Shown: in pieces, positions 9,447-18,265 of the stretch
How the letters are laid out: each line of letters begins with the position of its first letter
Position numbering within the stretch: position 1 is the first letter of the stretch
Source of the DNA: Candidatus Iainarchaeum sp.
Lineage (GTDB): Archaea > Iainarchaeota > Iainarchaeia > Iainarchaeales > Iainarchaeaceae
Reading direction: 5' to 3'
DNA length: 64,000 nt
NCBI GenBank assembly: GCA_043812975.1
Contig: JBDRLP010000027.1
Location: 1 to 64,000, forward strand
Translations under genes and position numbers: made by a program
The notes under the pieces: model-generated
Told to the model about the DNA's origin: nothing
The model's input: the letters and a program-made list of their open reading frames with translations, nothing else
Databases searched by the model: none

Positions 9447-10250
9447 ATGGCTTTTAGTTCTGCAACAGAAACAGGGTTAAAGAAAACTTCTGAAGAAAAA
9501 CTGATTTTGAGAAATATTAGTGCGCTGGAAAAAAGCATTGAAGAAGAAACTAGTGAAGAAAGAAGAAAAGAACTGGGGACACAATTAAGTTCTCTGAAAG
9601 ATCATCTGCAGGGGCCTTCAGAACAAACTGTTCTTGATGTTGACCTCACTAATTCAAAAGAAGAAGAAAAACTGAACAAACTCTACAAAATACTTTTAGA
9701 AAAACACGCAAAACTAATAAACGAACAGGAAACCAAAACAGTCGGCGAAATAAAAGTACTCATAAATAAAGAAGACTTAAGTATACAAGCAGTTGTGAAC
9801 AGTTTTGTTCCGGAAAATTACAATTCCAAAAACCACTTTTTTCAGGCAGCAGAAAAAGCATACAATTACATTGTTAATGAAATTGCTTTCGTGAATACAG
9901 AACTGAATATTTCATTCTGGTTAACACCTAAAGAAATTATTTCAGAAAAAATAGGAGATGATGAAGATCAAGCAGTTTTATTGTGTTCATTCCTTTATGC
10001 ATTAGGAGATGAAAATGCAGAAGTTGTTATAGCTGAATTAGAAAACGGGAATGCACACGCATTTGTAATCACAGAGTTTAACAACAAATTTTTGTTGCTG
10101 GATCCAACACAAGGAAAAGAGTTCAGGAAATTCTTTGGAGAAAAAAAGGAAGTTTTAGAAACCTATTCCTATAATGAAAGCCACATAAAAAGATTCATGT
10201 ACAAGTTTAATCACTCAAAGTACGAACAATTTGTTACTGAAGAAGAATAA
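9447..10250 (+). CDS. Transglutaminase-like (papain-fold) protein, catalytic Cys apparently replaced by Asp
   Basis: FWLTPKE...GDDEDQAVLL...HAFV...LLDPT matches the GDCEDxA..HAW..DPT signature; N-terminal coiled coil. Confidence 0.75.
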   Translation: MAFSSATETGLKKTSEEKLILRNISALEKSIEEETSEERRKELGTQLSSLKDHLQGPSEQTVLDVDLTNSKEEEKLNKLYKILLEKHAKLINEQETKTVGEIKVLINKEDLSIQAVVNSFVPENYNSKNHFFQAAEKAYNYIVNEIAFVNTELNISFWLTPKEIISEKIGDDEDQAVLLCSFLYALGDENAEVVIAELENGNAHAFVITEFNNKFLLLDPTQGKEFRKFFGEKKEVLETYSYNESHIKRFMYKFNHSKYEQFVTEEE

Positions 10251-11210
10251 TCAGATTTTATGTCTTTTTACTTTTGGCCTGCCGTGCTTTTTCAAAAATT
10301 TCTTTACACCTTGCTCCGTTAAAAGAACATTTTTTGTTCCTAAATGGCCAATCACAGAATTTGAATTAGCAGTACCATAAATAAGAGCCTCATCGATTCC
10401 TTTGCCCTTAATTATTGCAGCAGTAAACCCAGAACCAAATGCATCTCCTGCACCTGTAACATCTAATGGTTTGATGTTGAAAGGTTTTACAGAATAAAAA
10501 TAATTGTCATTAGCAGCATGAGCTCCGTGTTTTCCTTCAGTAATAACCACTGTTTCTGCAAGAGCTAAAAGTTTTTTCAGGTTTCTGTGAATATCAGCAG
10601 AACCAGTGAGCTTCAAAGCTTCTTCCTTATTTACAATCAAAACATCAACAAGACCAACTATTTGTTTTAATTTCTTTAAACCAAGTGAAAGTTCTTTTTG
10701 TCCGGGGTTCCAAGCAATTTTTACACCTGTTTTTTTGGCATGAGAAACAATATTTTTCAGTAACGCAGGTTTCGAATGCAAAGAAGTAATGTAAAACCAT
10801 TTAGAATTAAGCTTTGCAAAATTCAACTTAGCTTCTCCCAAAGACGCTGTAGCTTTACTATAAGTTAGAATAACTCTATTCCTTCCAAAACCGGTTAGAA
10901 TAACAGAATAACTTGTGTTTTTACCGCGCAGAGTATGAACAAGACTCGTGTTAACTTTTTCTTTTTTCAAAACAGTTAAAACTTTAGTACCGCTTGTGTC
11001 ATCCCCGATAGTGCAAAGAGCCCCTGCTTTTAAACCAAGCCTTGAAAAGGAAACAGAAGTGTTGGTGCTCCCTCCTCCTGTAAAATAATCCATTTCCTCA
11101 ATTTCTACCTTAGTGCCTGGGTGAAAAACAACCTCTTTACTAGAAAACTTTTTAGGGATATGAACAAAAACATCCGCGGTTGCGGAACCAATAGAAATAA
11201 CATCAAACAT
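10251..11210 (-). CDS. PfkB family carbohydrate kinase
   Basis: GGGSTNTSVSFSRLG, WNPG, VNKEEA and DVTGAGDAFGSGF PfkB signatures. Confidence 0.92.
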   Translation of the reverse strand: MFDVISIGSATADVFVHIPKKFSSKEVVFHPGTKVEIEEMDYFTGGGSTNTSVSFSRLGLKAGALCTIGDDTSGTKVLTVLKKEKVNTSLVHTLRGKNTSYSVILTGFGRNRVILTYSKATASLGEAKLNFAKLNSKWFYITSLHSKPALLKNIVSHAKKTGVKIAWNPGQKELSLGLKKLKQIVGLVDVLIVNKEEALKLTGSADIHRNLKKLLALAETVVITEGKHGAHAANDNYFYSVKPFNIKPLDVTGAGDAFGSGFTAAIIKGKGIDEALIYGTANSNSVIGHLGTKNVLLTEQGVKKFLKKHGRPKVKRHKI

Positions 11211-11268
11211 AGAAAACAAATAAGGAAATTCAATTATATAAAAGTGCCTTAATCCTGAATTTGTATAT

Positions 11269-11436
11269 TTATTTTGTTAGTTTGAAATGATAAACTGCAA
11301 CAAAGTACAGAAATATTCCGATTACTGAATAAACAAAAACCTGAAAAGAATTACCTACAAAAAACAAAGTGGTTGCTATCAAAAAAAGCGCAAAAACAAC
11401 CAAAATTAAACCAATCATTGATTTTGTTAAGTACAT
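11269..11436 (-). CDS. Small two-TM membrane protein (55 aa; below ORF-track cut-off)
   Basis: Translated by hand: MYLTKSMIGLILVVFALFLIATTLFFVGNSFQVFVYSVIGIFLYFVAVYHFKLTK*. It fills an otherwise empty gap. Confidence 0.6.
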   Translation of the reverse strand: MYLTKSMIGLILVVFALFLIATTLFFVGNSFQVFVYSVIGIFLYFVAVYHFKLTK

Positions 11437-11448
11437 ATTCAACAATTA

Positions 11449-11844
11449 TTATCTGTGCATTTCTCGTGCATGTAACAACGGATTACCAATATGATCCGGA
11501 TCTTCCCGCATCTTTTGAATTAGCTTTTGCAATAATTTATCACTATATGCTTTCTTTTTATCACTTGGTATTCTGCTAAGTTCTCTTGCATATTCCTGCT
11601 CAACAACGGCACGCATTTTTTTTCTTGTTTGTTCTAAAGAGTATTTATGTGGCGTGTTTGCTTCTAACCATGCTCTTACCCCTTCAATAACTCGCCTCTG
11701 CTCCATAACACTAATAGCTCTTCCGGCCCTCAAAGGATGTCTTGCCGTTTTAGCAGTCAATTTCACTCTTCGAGTAACTTTTTTTATAATTTTTTTGGCT
11801 CCAGACTTAATTGTTCTTCGAGCAGTATTGCTTGGCCGAGGCAT
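11449..11844 (-). CDS. Orphan basic protein
   Basis: 131-aa Arg/Lys-rich ORF with its own TTTATATA box about 30 nt upstream; no recognisable domain. Confidence 0.65.
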   Translation of the reverse strand: MPRPSNTARRTIKSGAKKIIKKVTRRVKLTAKTARHPLRAGRAISVMEQRRVIEGVRAWLEANTPHKYSLEQTRKKMRAVVEQEYARELSRIPSDKKKAYSDKLLQKLIQKMREDPDHIGNPLLHAREMHR

Positions 11845-11952
11845 TTAAATCAAAAGAATATAGTTTCCCTAAGTATATAAATTTTGTTACCCGCCCTCTC
11901 CAAAAATACTAAAACTTATTCTAAGGCTAAAAAAATAATGAGAGATAAGTGT

Positions 11953-12023
11953 AAGAGAATGGGCACATCAAATGAAGGGTAGTACTCTGAAAGCGAGTGT
12001 AGCTTTGCCCATTCTCTTTTTTT
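11953..12023. other. 13-bp perfect inverted repeat with 40-nt interior followed by a T-tract (structured RNA or terminator)
   Basis: AAGAGAATGGGCA (11953-11965) pairs with TGCCCATTCTCTT (12006-12018). Confidence 0.5.
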
Positions 12024-12162
12024 GTTTCAGTTCTTGTGTAACAGATTTGTTCACCTGAATAGGCAAACGCATAACTAGAATAAAACTTTTTAGAGTTAGA
12101 AATCTGAACAGTACAAAATTAATTATTGGAAACGCGTAAGTGGGGATTTTTACAAAAAATAA

Positions 12163-12423
12163 TCAAAAAGCAAAACCCAATAAATCAAGAAGAATAAGAA
12201 GAATTATCCCGGGAATCCCTCCAAACGCAGTTATCAGGACACTCCAAATATTTATTTCAATATTTACAAACGGGAAAAAATTAAGCAAAACAAGAACTAC
12301 CAAACCAAGAAAACTATTGATTAGTAAAACAACAATTTTTTTGCCTAATTTTAATGCAAAGAAAATCGCAATAATTACTACTGCTGCAGTTAAAACAAAC
12401 CCAATTATTGGATCTAAAGCCAT
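12163..12423 (-). CDS. Pro-sigmaK processing inhibitor BofA family membrane protein
   Basis: LLINSFLGLVVLVLLN...INIWSVLITAFGGIPG pattern typical of BofA-like proteins. Confidence 0.8.
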   Translation of the reverse strand: MALDPIIGFVLTAAVVIIAIFFALKLGKKIVVLLINSFLGLVVLVLLNFFPFVNIEINIWSVLITAFGGIPGIILLILLDLLGFAF

Positions 12424-12470
12424 TAAAGAAACAGGATTGAAATTAATTTAAGCCTAATGTTTAAAACAAA

Positions 12471-12643
12471 TCAGCGAATTAGTGCTATAAGAGTGGAGGA
12501 TTGGCCTCTATAGACTTTACGTACGGCAAAGCCAACACGAGAGGCCCTCAGTTTCGGGACAGAGACCGAGTCAACTCCTTCTACAAATTTTTTCCAGTTC
12601 AATTAAAATCCCCCACCCCTCAGAGGTGAAACTCTGACGCCAA
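12471..12643 (-). ncRNA. Putative novel structured ncRNA with a perfect four-way junction (core 12489-12620)
   Basis: Four contiguous helices of 14, 6, 6 and 7 bp. G.U pairs form only on the minus strand. Upstream TTTAAATA box at 12680-12687; no ORF. Confidence 0.65.
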
Positions 12644-12740
12644 AATTTAACATTTACAACTACTATCATACGCCATTGATATTTAAAAAGATATAAGTAT
12701 ACTAAATATATCAACTATATTTTTTATAGTTGGTGACTTT

Positions 12741-13049
12741 TTGGAACAAAATAATTTTTTCAGGAAAACAAGCGATTTCGTAGCAAAGAAACACAATATC
12801 GCAATAGTGCGAATTTTGTTGAAAAGCACACAGGGCCTTGGTTTTAATGCATTAATGAAACAGATTTCGCCAATAACCCCGAGAATACTTTCAACCAGAC
12901 TGGCAGAACTTGAAAATGAACAACTAATCCAGAAGAACCTCGTATTAGGGAATAAACCTAAAGTAGAATATCGACCATTACCAAAAGCACTAGGATTATC
13001 AAAAGCTATTTTTGAGTTAGAAAAATGGGGTAAAAAGGAACTTGGTTAA
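12741..13049 (+). CDS. HxlR-family winged-helix transcriptional regulator
   Basis: GFNALMKQISPITPRILSTRLAELE...PKVEY...LEKWG HxlR pattern. Confidence 0.88.
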   Translation: MEQNNFFRKTSDFVAKKHNIAIVRILLKSTQGLGFNALMKQISPITPRILSTRLAELENEQLIQKNLVLGNKPKVEYRPLPKALGLSKAIFELEKWGKKELG

Positions 13050-13104
13050 CATACCACAACGTATAAATTATTCAATCGTCCTTGATTAAATAAAAGGTGA
13101 TCCA

Positions 13105-13341
13105 ATGACAAAATTCAAGATTATTTATAATAGGAATGATTGTGTTGCAGCAGGCCCTTGTGCGGCTGTTGATTCAGATCACTTTGAAATAAACCCAAAA
13201 GATGGCAAGGCGGACTTAGTTGGCGGGAAGGAAACAAGCCCCGGTATTTGGGAACTGGAAATAGAAAATGACGAAAATGCCAATCAAGCAGTGGAAGTTT
13301 GTCCTGCAGCAGTCATTTCAATAAAAAAAATTGAAGACTAA
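13105..13341 (+). CDS. Small single-cluster ferredoxin (likely 3Fe-4S)
   Basis: CVAAGPC...CP motif with the second Cys replaced by Ala; GGTGA RBS. Confidence 0.88.
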   Translation: MTKFKIIYNRNDCVAAGPCAAVDSDHFEINPKDGKADLVGGKETSPGIWELEIENDENANQAVEVCPAAVISIKKIED

Positions 13342-13421
13342 AAACAATTAGTTTTTCTAAAAGATTTTTTGACTTATTAGTTAGTTTAATTAATCCGGAA
13401 AACACATATCTTATCGAGGGG

Positions 13422-13745
13422 TTGATAATGGAAACAGATAAATTAATGCAAATTACTCATTTACCAAAGCAAGACGGAATAAAAAAACAAGCACTAATTA
13501 ATGCGATTGAAAAAAGCTATAATAAATTAAACCGTTTTTTACCTGGAAAATTAATGTTGGAAATTCATTTCAGGGAAAGCCGAAAACAAGGCAATCGGGA
13601 ACAATTTGAAGTAAAAGCTAATGCTAATGTAGCAGGAATTTCACTCCACTCAAAGTTCATTGATTGGGATTCCGAAAAGGCACTAAAACGAGTATTAGCA
13701 GTACTTGAAAAAGAAGCCATCAAAGCCAAGACCCCCAAAAAGTAA
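13422..13745 (+). CDS. Stand-alone HPF/RaiA-like ribosome-associated protein (putative)
   Basis: LEIHFRES..G.R.QFEVKA...DWD...AL..VL..LEKE pattern resembles the archaeal HPF-like domain. Confidence 0.55.
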   Translation: MIMETDKLMQITHLPKQDGIKKQALINAIEKSYNKLNRFLPGKLMLEIHFRESRKQGNREQFEVKANANVAGISLHSKFIDWDSEKALKRVLAVLEKEAIKAKTPKK

Positions 13746-13844
13746 GAAAACTTAAGTTTGGCGTAAAAAGTAGTTTGGTTTTTCTCTGCGGGTTTAGTAT
13801 TAACTAGAACGTCTTTTATTAGTTAGAAATCTGGAGAAGTTTAC

Positions 13845-14213
13845 ATGAGCCTAGTAACCCTAACATTCGGAAATAAAGCACATAATGCATCACCACATGC
13901 ATTTATCTCAACACCCGAAGAAAGAATAATACAAAAACTAAACCAAAACGGATTAGCAAAAGGCGAAGCAATCATAAAAAGAGCATGCAGATTTTACTCC
14001 CAAGAAGATATTTACGTGGTTGCTGAAGTTACTGAAGGATTTTTATCAACTAACATGACTGCTTTTTACAATGGAAAAGAACTAGATATTGTTGATGTTG
14101 AATCAAAATACGGGCACAGTGCAAAAAAAGGAATGACTGTAGGATTAACCTTAAGGGGAATTTCCGAAGACGAACTCCAAAAAGATTCCGTATTAAGTTT
14201 TGAAAAACAATAA
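13845..14213 (+). CDS. EF-Tu domain-II-like beta-barrel protein
   Basis: VVAEVTEGFL...IVDVE.K...AKKGMTVGLTL pattern. Confidence 0.55.
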   Translation: MSLVTLTFGNKAHNASPHAFISTPEERIIQKLNQNGLAKGEAIIKRACRFYSQEDIYVVAEVTEGFLSTNMTAFYNGKELDIVDVESKYGHSAKKGMTVGLTLRGISEDELQKDSVLSFEKQ

Positions 14214-14259
14214 TTTTGTAAACTAATTTTCACTACTCCGTTAAGAAACTTAAGCAAGA

Positions 14260-14475
14260 CTAAGAAACAGAATTAATACAATTATTTCTAATTTCATTAT
14301 CAATTATCTGGGTACAAAAACTCAAATCATTTTCATTATGAGCAAACGAAGAATAACACAAATCCCTTTGCTCCATTACCTTATCTTCACATTCCTGAAT
14401 AGTATTGGTTGGTTTTGCTGATAAACAACCAGAAAAAACAACGACCAGCAAAATTAAAACAATAAAAATTTTCAT
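14260..14475 (-). CDS. Small Cys-rich lipoprotein
   Basis: VFSGC lipobox; C...RDLCY...FC.QI....RNNC repeat unit. Confidence 0.7.
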   Translation of the reverse strand: MKIFIVLILLVVVFSGCLSAKPTNTIQECEDKVMEQRDLCYSSFAHNENDLSFCTQIIDNEIRNNCINSVS

Positions 14476-14572
14476 TATTAGAACAAAGGAACCAGATTAT
14501 TTTAATTTTTTGGAAACCAAAATAGATTATGTAGCAGTCAAGCTTTTATATTTGGATTGTGTTGTTATTTGA

Positions 14573-14905
14573 ATGCCTGCAACCATAACGCAACTGCTTT
14601 TATTACTCAGCAACTGGTTTATGCTGATAATAACAATGCTTTTAACAGTTAGAGCAATAGCAGTAGTAAAACCATATGTCGAACAAGTAGTGGTTGCTAA
14701 GACTATGTGGTATCTTTACATGGCCTTTGGTTACTCGCTTATTTCTGTGACTGTTTTTACTTCGTGGGTAATCTGGACATTCCAAGATGTTTGGGGATTA
14801 TTAGTCTTATTTATGAGCTGGTTTATTTTAGTAATAATATTTATTGGCCACAGAAAAATCAAAGAAAGCACAGTACGAAAATCATTCAACATCAAAGGTA
14901 AATAA
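14573..14905 (+). CDS. Hypothetical membrane protein (3 TM)
   Basis: Three hydrophobic segments and a basic C-terminus; TATA-like box upstream. Confidence 0.65.
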   Translation: MPATITQLLLLLSNWFMLIITMLLTVRAIAVVKPYVEQVVVAKTMWYLYMAFGYSLISVTVFTSWVIWTFQDVWGLLVLFMSWFILVIIFIGHRKIKESTVRKSFNIKGK

Positions 14906-15632
14906 TAACTGGTTTCTCTCTCTTATGAGAAGTTGACTCTATTATTTTCTTTAATTTAGCCACTGCCTCTTCTTCCCCTTCAGGAATTTCTTTATTCTCA
15001 AGAATCAAAGGAAGTAACTCGTCAATAACCTCATAACTAAAACCTAATTCTTTTTCGTCTTCCTGTCCAGACCAGAGCTCAGCACTCGGAACCTTGTCCA
15101 AGAATTCGGGTCCTATGTTTAGCTGCTCTGCTACTAACCTTACTTCTTTTTTCAATAAATCACCAATCGGAAAAACGTCAGCTGCTGCATCCCCGTATTT
15201 TGTAAAATACCCCAAATAGAATTCTGACTTGTTTCCTGTTCCTGCTACAATACACTTATGAGAATTCGCATAATTATACAGCACAACTGCCCTTATTCTT
15301 GCAGCAATATTTGCTTTTGCGAGATTGCTTTGCTCCCAAGGAAGATTTTCAAAAGAATTTAATATCGGGTCGATTGGAACAATAAAATATTTAACTTCTA
15401 GTTTTTTGGCAAGGTTTTCAGCATCTTTAGTACTTGAATCTTTAGTTATTTTTGAATTAGGCATTAAAATAGCCGTGACATTCTCCCGGCCAATGCTTTT
15501 GCAAAGTAAAGCTAAAACAACAGCGGAATCTATTCCTCCGCTTAAACCAAGAACTGCTTTTTTCAGAGTTCTGTTATTAAAATACTCTTTTATTTTAACA
15601 ACTAACTTTTCTGACAAATCGCTTTCGTTCAT
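14892..15632 (-). CDS. nadE: NH3-dependent NAD+ synthetase
   Basis: GLSGGIDS, NIAARIR, GTGNKSE, GYFTKYGD and PSAELW.GQEDE motifs. Confidence 0.96.
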   Translation of the reverse strand: MNESDLSEKLVVKIKEYFNNRTLKKAVLGLSGGIDSAVVLALLCKSIGRENVTAILMPNSKITKDSSTKDAENLAKKLEVKYFIVPIDPILNSFENLPWEQSNLAKANIAARIRAVVLYNYANSHKCIVAGTGNKSEFYLGYFTKYGDAAADVFPIGDLLKKEVRLVAEQLNIGPEFLDKVPSAELWSGQEDEKELGFSYEVIDELLPLILENKEIPEGEEEAVAKLKKIIESTSHKREKPVIIYL

Positions 15633-15640
15633 TTTGACCC

Positions 15641-16303
15641 CTACACCAGATTTACTAGATCCGCAATATCTAATAGATCAAAATCTGCTTTGATTCCCTC
15701 ATCCGGAAAAAGCTGACCGTATTTTGCCAATGCGGTTTTCATACCACTTTCCTGAGCCCCTTTGATGTCTCTTCCAGGGTTGTCTCCTACAAACAAAATT
15801 TCCCTTGGATTGCAATTCAATTGTTCTAAGGCTGCTTTAAACGGAAGCACACTTGGTTTCAGTTCCCCTGTATCATCCAGAGTAACAACAAAATCAAAAA
15901 AATCAGTAAGTCCCATTTCCGCTAACCTCATCCAGGCTTTTAATCTCGGGGCATCACTAACAATTCCTAATTGCAATCCTTTTTCACGTAATGAAATAAG
16001 GGTGCTCCGTACATGCGGATAAGGTTCTAAATAACCAGCTTGCATTTTACGGTAAGCCGCTATACCTCTTGACAAAACCCTGTAATCGACCTCTCCTATT
16101 ACTTCTTCTAAAAATTTCTGAAAAATTTCCTGGTGCTCAATTCCATGGACTCCGTATAATGAAAATAATTTTTCGTATGCTTCATCTTTACTCATTTTAA
16201 GCCCCGCATCAATCATTGCAGAAATCGCTGCCTCACAACTAATTTTTTTCATTCTCATGAAATCAATGAGAGTATTATCAAGATCAAAAAGCACTGCTTT
16301 CAT
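15641..16303 (-). CDS. HAD-superfamily hydrolase
   Basis: FDLDNTL motif I, KP and VGDN...DIKGA motifs. Confidence 0.92.
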   Translation of the reverse strand: MKAVLFDLDNTLIDFMRMKKISCEAAISAMIDAGLKMSKDEAYEKLFSLYGVHGIEHQEIFQKFLEEVIGEVDYRVLSRGIAAYRKMQAGYLEPYPHVRSTLISLREKGLQLGIVSDAPRLKAWMRLAEMGLTDFFDFVVTLDDTGELKPSVLPFKAALEQLNCNPREILFVGDNPGRDIKGAQESGMKTALAKYGQLFPDEGIKADFDLLDIADLVNLV

Positions 16304-16364
16304 AGATTATTCTTCCTTGAAAGCTGATAAAAAGCTTATATACGAGGTTGTTCTTTTTCTAAAC

Positions 16365-16598
16365 ATGGAAAAACAAGTAAGCAGCATGTTTATTCAGGCA
16401 ATTTTCTTTTTTATTATAGGGGTTATTTTAGCTTCTTTATTCATGTGGAGTATGATGCAGGGCATTACTTCGCATTTTAACGGAGAGAGCTCCTTGGCAT
16501 TTTCATATTATTTTGTTGGATGGGTCTCAGGAGTTGCTGCTTTTAGTCTCTATTGGCAGGCTAAAAATCTTTTCCATTTTGCCAAAATTTCGAGGTAA
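16365..16598 (+). CDS. Small membrane protein (2 TM)
   Basis: Likely start MEKQVSS after a CTTATATA box; two hydrophobic helices. Confidence 0.6.
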   Translation: MEKQVSSMFIQAIFFFIIGVILASLFMWSMMQGITSHFNGESSLAFSYYFVGWVSGVAAFSLYWQAKNLFHFAKISR

Positions 16599-16637
16599 AA
16601 AATAGCTGCAAACAAAAAAACGTTTGGAAAATTGAAA

Positions 16638-16865
16638 TTATTTAACATCTGTTCTTCTTCTTCCTTTGTAAATAATTTTTGGTGTTTCTCCAATGCCTTG
16701 GGGGCGCACGTGTGTTAATGGTTTTAATCTTTTTGGGGGAGATTGCCCAGGTTTCATTGAAAAAGAACCTGCATACCTTTCTATTTTCCCTTTGGTTACT
16801 GACTCTGATGCTTTTCCGTCTTTGTCTGTTGCTCTTCTACTTGGTACTCTTCGTGGAGGACTCAT
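16638..16865 (-). CDS. Orphan basic protein
   Basis: 75 aa, MSPPRRVPSRRATD N-terminus; TTTAAATA box about 25 nt upstream (leaderless). Confidence 0.55.
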   Translation of the reverse strand: MSPPRRVPSRRATDKDGKASESVTKGKIERYAGSFSMKPGQSPPKRLKPLTHVRPQGIGETPKIIYKGRRRTDVK

Positions 16866-16908
16866 AAATATAAAACGTTTTTCAATTATTTAAACCTACC
16901 TAAATAGT

Positions 16909-17109
16909 TCATTTCTTTTTGCTTTTCTTTTCTGAAGGAATTTCATCTTTGAAATCCTCATTAAATTCCTCTATATCTTCCTCGTCCAACCCAAGGTTTT
17001 TGAGGATTTTATCATGTTCCTCAATAGACATCTGGTCAAAATCTTCCCTCCAGATTTTCATGTCCGCGGTCTCAGGAAGAGGATGCCCTTCTTTTTTCTT
17101 TTTTATCAT
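16909..17109 (-). CDS. Small acidic hypothetical protein
   Basis: 66-aa ORF with helical acidic core and basic ends; TATA-like box upstream. Confidence 0.6.
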   Translation of the reverse strand: MIKKKKEGHPLPETADMKIWREDFDQMSIEEHDKILKNLGLDEEDIEEFNEDFKDEIPSEKKSKKK

Positions 17110-17190
17110 AATTCATGTTGGGCTATAAAAGTTTAAAGGATTTTGAGTGAAACCAGAGGATATTTATTTGGAAAAAACAATTAATTCTAC

Positions 17191-18033
17191 ATGGAAGCTA
17201 ATGAGCCTAAAAATGAGTATTTAGAAAAATTCAAACAAGAGCTCATTATTTCGGGTTACAGCCAACGAACTATCAGTATGTACCTGCTTTACACTAAAAA
17301 TTTACTTAATTCAACCAAAAAACGCCCAAAAGACCTGGACAGGCAGGACATAGTTAGTTTTCTGGCTAAAGAAAAAGAAAAAGGATCCTCAAACTCAACT
17401 CTTGCATTAATCCACGCGGCATTGAAATTCTTCTTTCACAAATACTTAAAAAGCAATATTTTAGATGATATTCCTACTCCTAAGAAAAATAAGTATCTGC
17501 CAACAACCCTTACTAAGGACGAAACAAAAAAACTGATTAAAGCAACAAAAAAAGGCAGAAACCGGTTGCTGTTACAATTTATTTACTCCTCCGGAGTTCG
17601 TGTTAGTGAATCAGTCAATATGAAAACTGAAAATATTAACTTCAAAGAAAGAATTGGCAAAGTAAAATCTGGAAAAGGCGCCAAGGACCGAATTATTATC
17701 CTTTCAAAAAACTGGTGTAAATTAGCAAAAAAATACGTAGAAAAAAAGAAAATTAAAAGTGAATGGTTATTTTCAAAAAAGAACGGTAAAAAACTCTCAT
17801 CAGATACTGTTCAACGTATTGTAAAAGAAGCGGCTGAGAAAGCAGAAATTGAAAAACCCGTGACTCCGCACGTACTACGCCACAGCTTCGCCACCCATTT
17901 ACTGGAAGCTGGAGAAAACATCAGAAAAATCCAAGAACTTTTAGGCCACTCAAACCTAAATACCACCCAAATTTACACACACGTTTCCACAGAGCAACTC
18001 AAGAAAGTGAGCAGCCCCCTGGACAACCTGTAG
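17191..18033 (+). CDS. xerA: Tyrosine recombinase XerA/XerD-like
   Basis: SGVRVSE, GKGAKDR, HVLRHSFATHLL and LLGHSNLNTTQIY catalytic R-K-HxxR-H-Y set; no integron-integrase insertion visible. Confidence 0.9.
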   Translation: MEANEPKNEYLEKFKQELIISGYSQRTISMYLLYTKNLLNSTKKRPKDLDRQDIVSFLAKEKEKGSSNSTLALIHAALKFFFHKYLKSNILDDIPTPKKNKYLPTTLTKDETKKLIKATKKGRNRLLLQFIYSSGVRVSESVNMKTENINFKERIGKVKSGKGAKDRIIILSKNWCKLAKKYVEKKKIKSEWLFSKKNGKKLSSDTVQRIVKEAAEKAEIEKPVTPHVLRHSFATHLLEAGENIRKIQELLGHSNLNTTQIYTHVSTEQLKKVSSPLDNL

Positions 18034-18265
18034 CCCCACACTTCCAATACTTCTGGATAAAAACCAGAATAAAACCCAAAATTTTAATTATGTATATTTA
18101 CATTTAAACCTAAATCGTGTTTTTGGGTCTTAAAATAAAAAACACTATTTGTTATGTATACGTTTGTTTTATAGTTATTTTTTGTGTTTTAAGGTGAAAT
18201 GTAACACAAACTTTATATATTTGGTGAGATTTATTATTTTAGAATAAAGTTTTGGAGGAATTGAA

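Noticed and set aside
12489..12620. 5S rRNA or cobalamin riboswitch (loop CUCUGUCCCGAA resembles 5S loop C and the B12 CUGUCCCGCAACUG box)
   Set aside because: There is no helix II/loop B or loop E, and none of the other B12 consensus blocks. The four-way topology fits neither. Hairpin-ribozyme loop A/B motifs are also absent.
17191..18033. Integron integrase or provirus integrase
   Set aside because: It lacks the IntI-specific insertion. No attC array or viral genes are nearby, and size and motifs fit chromosomal XerA.
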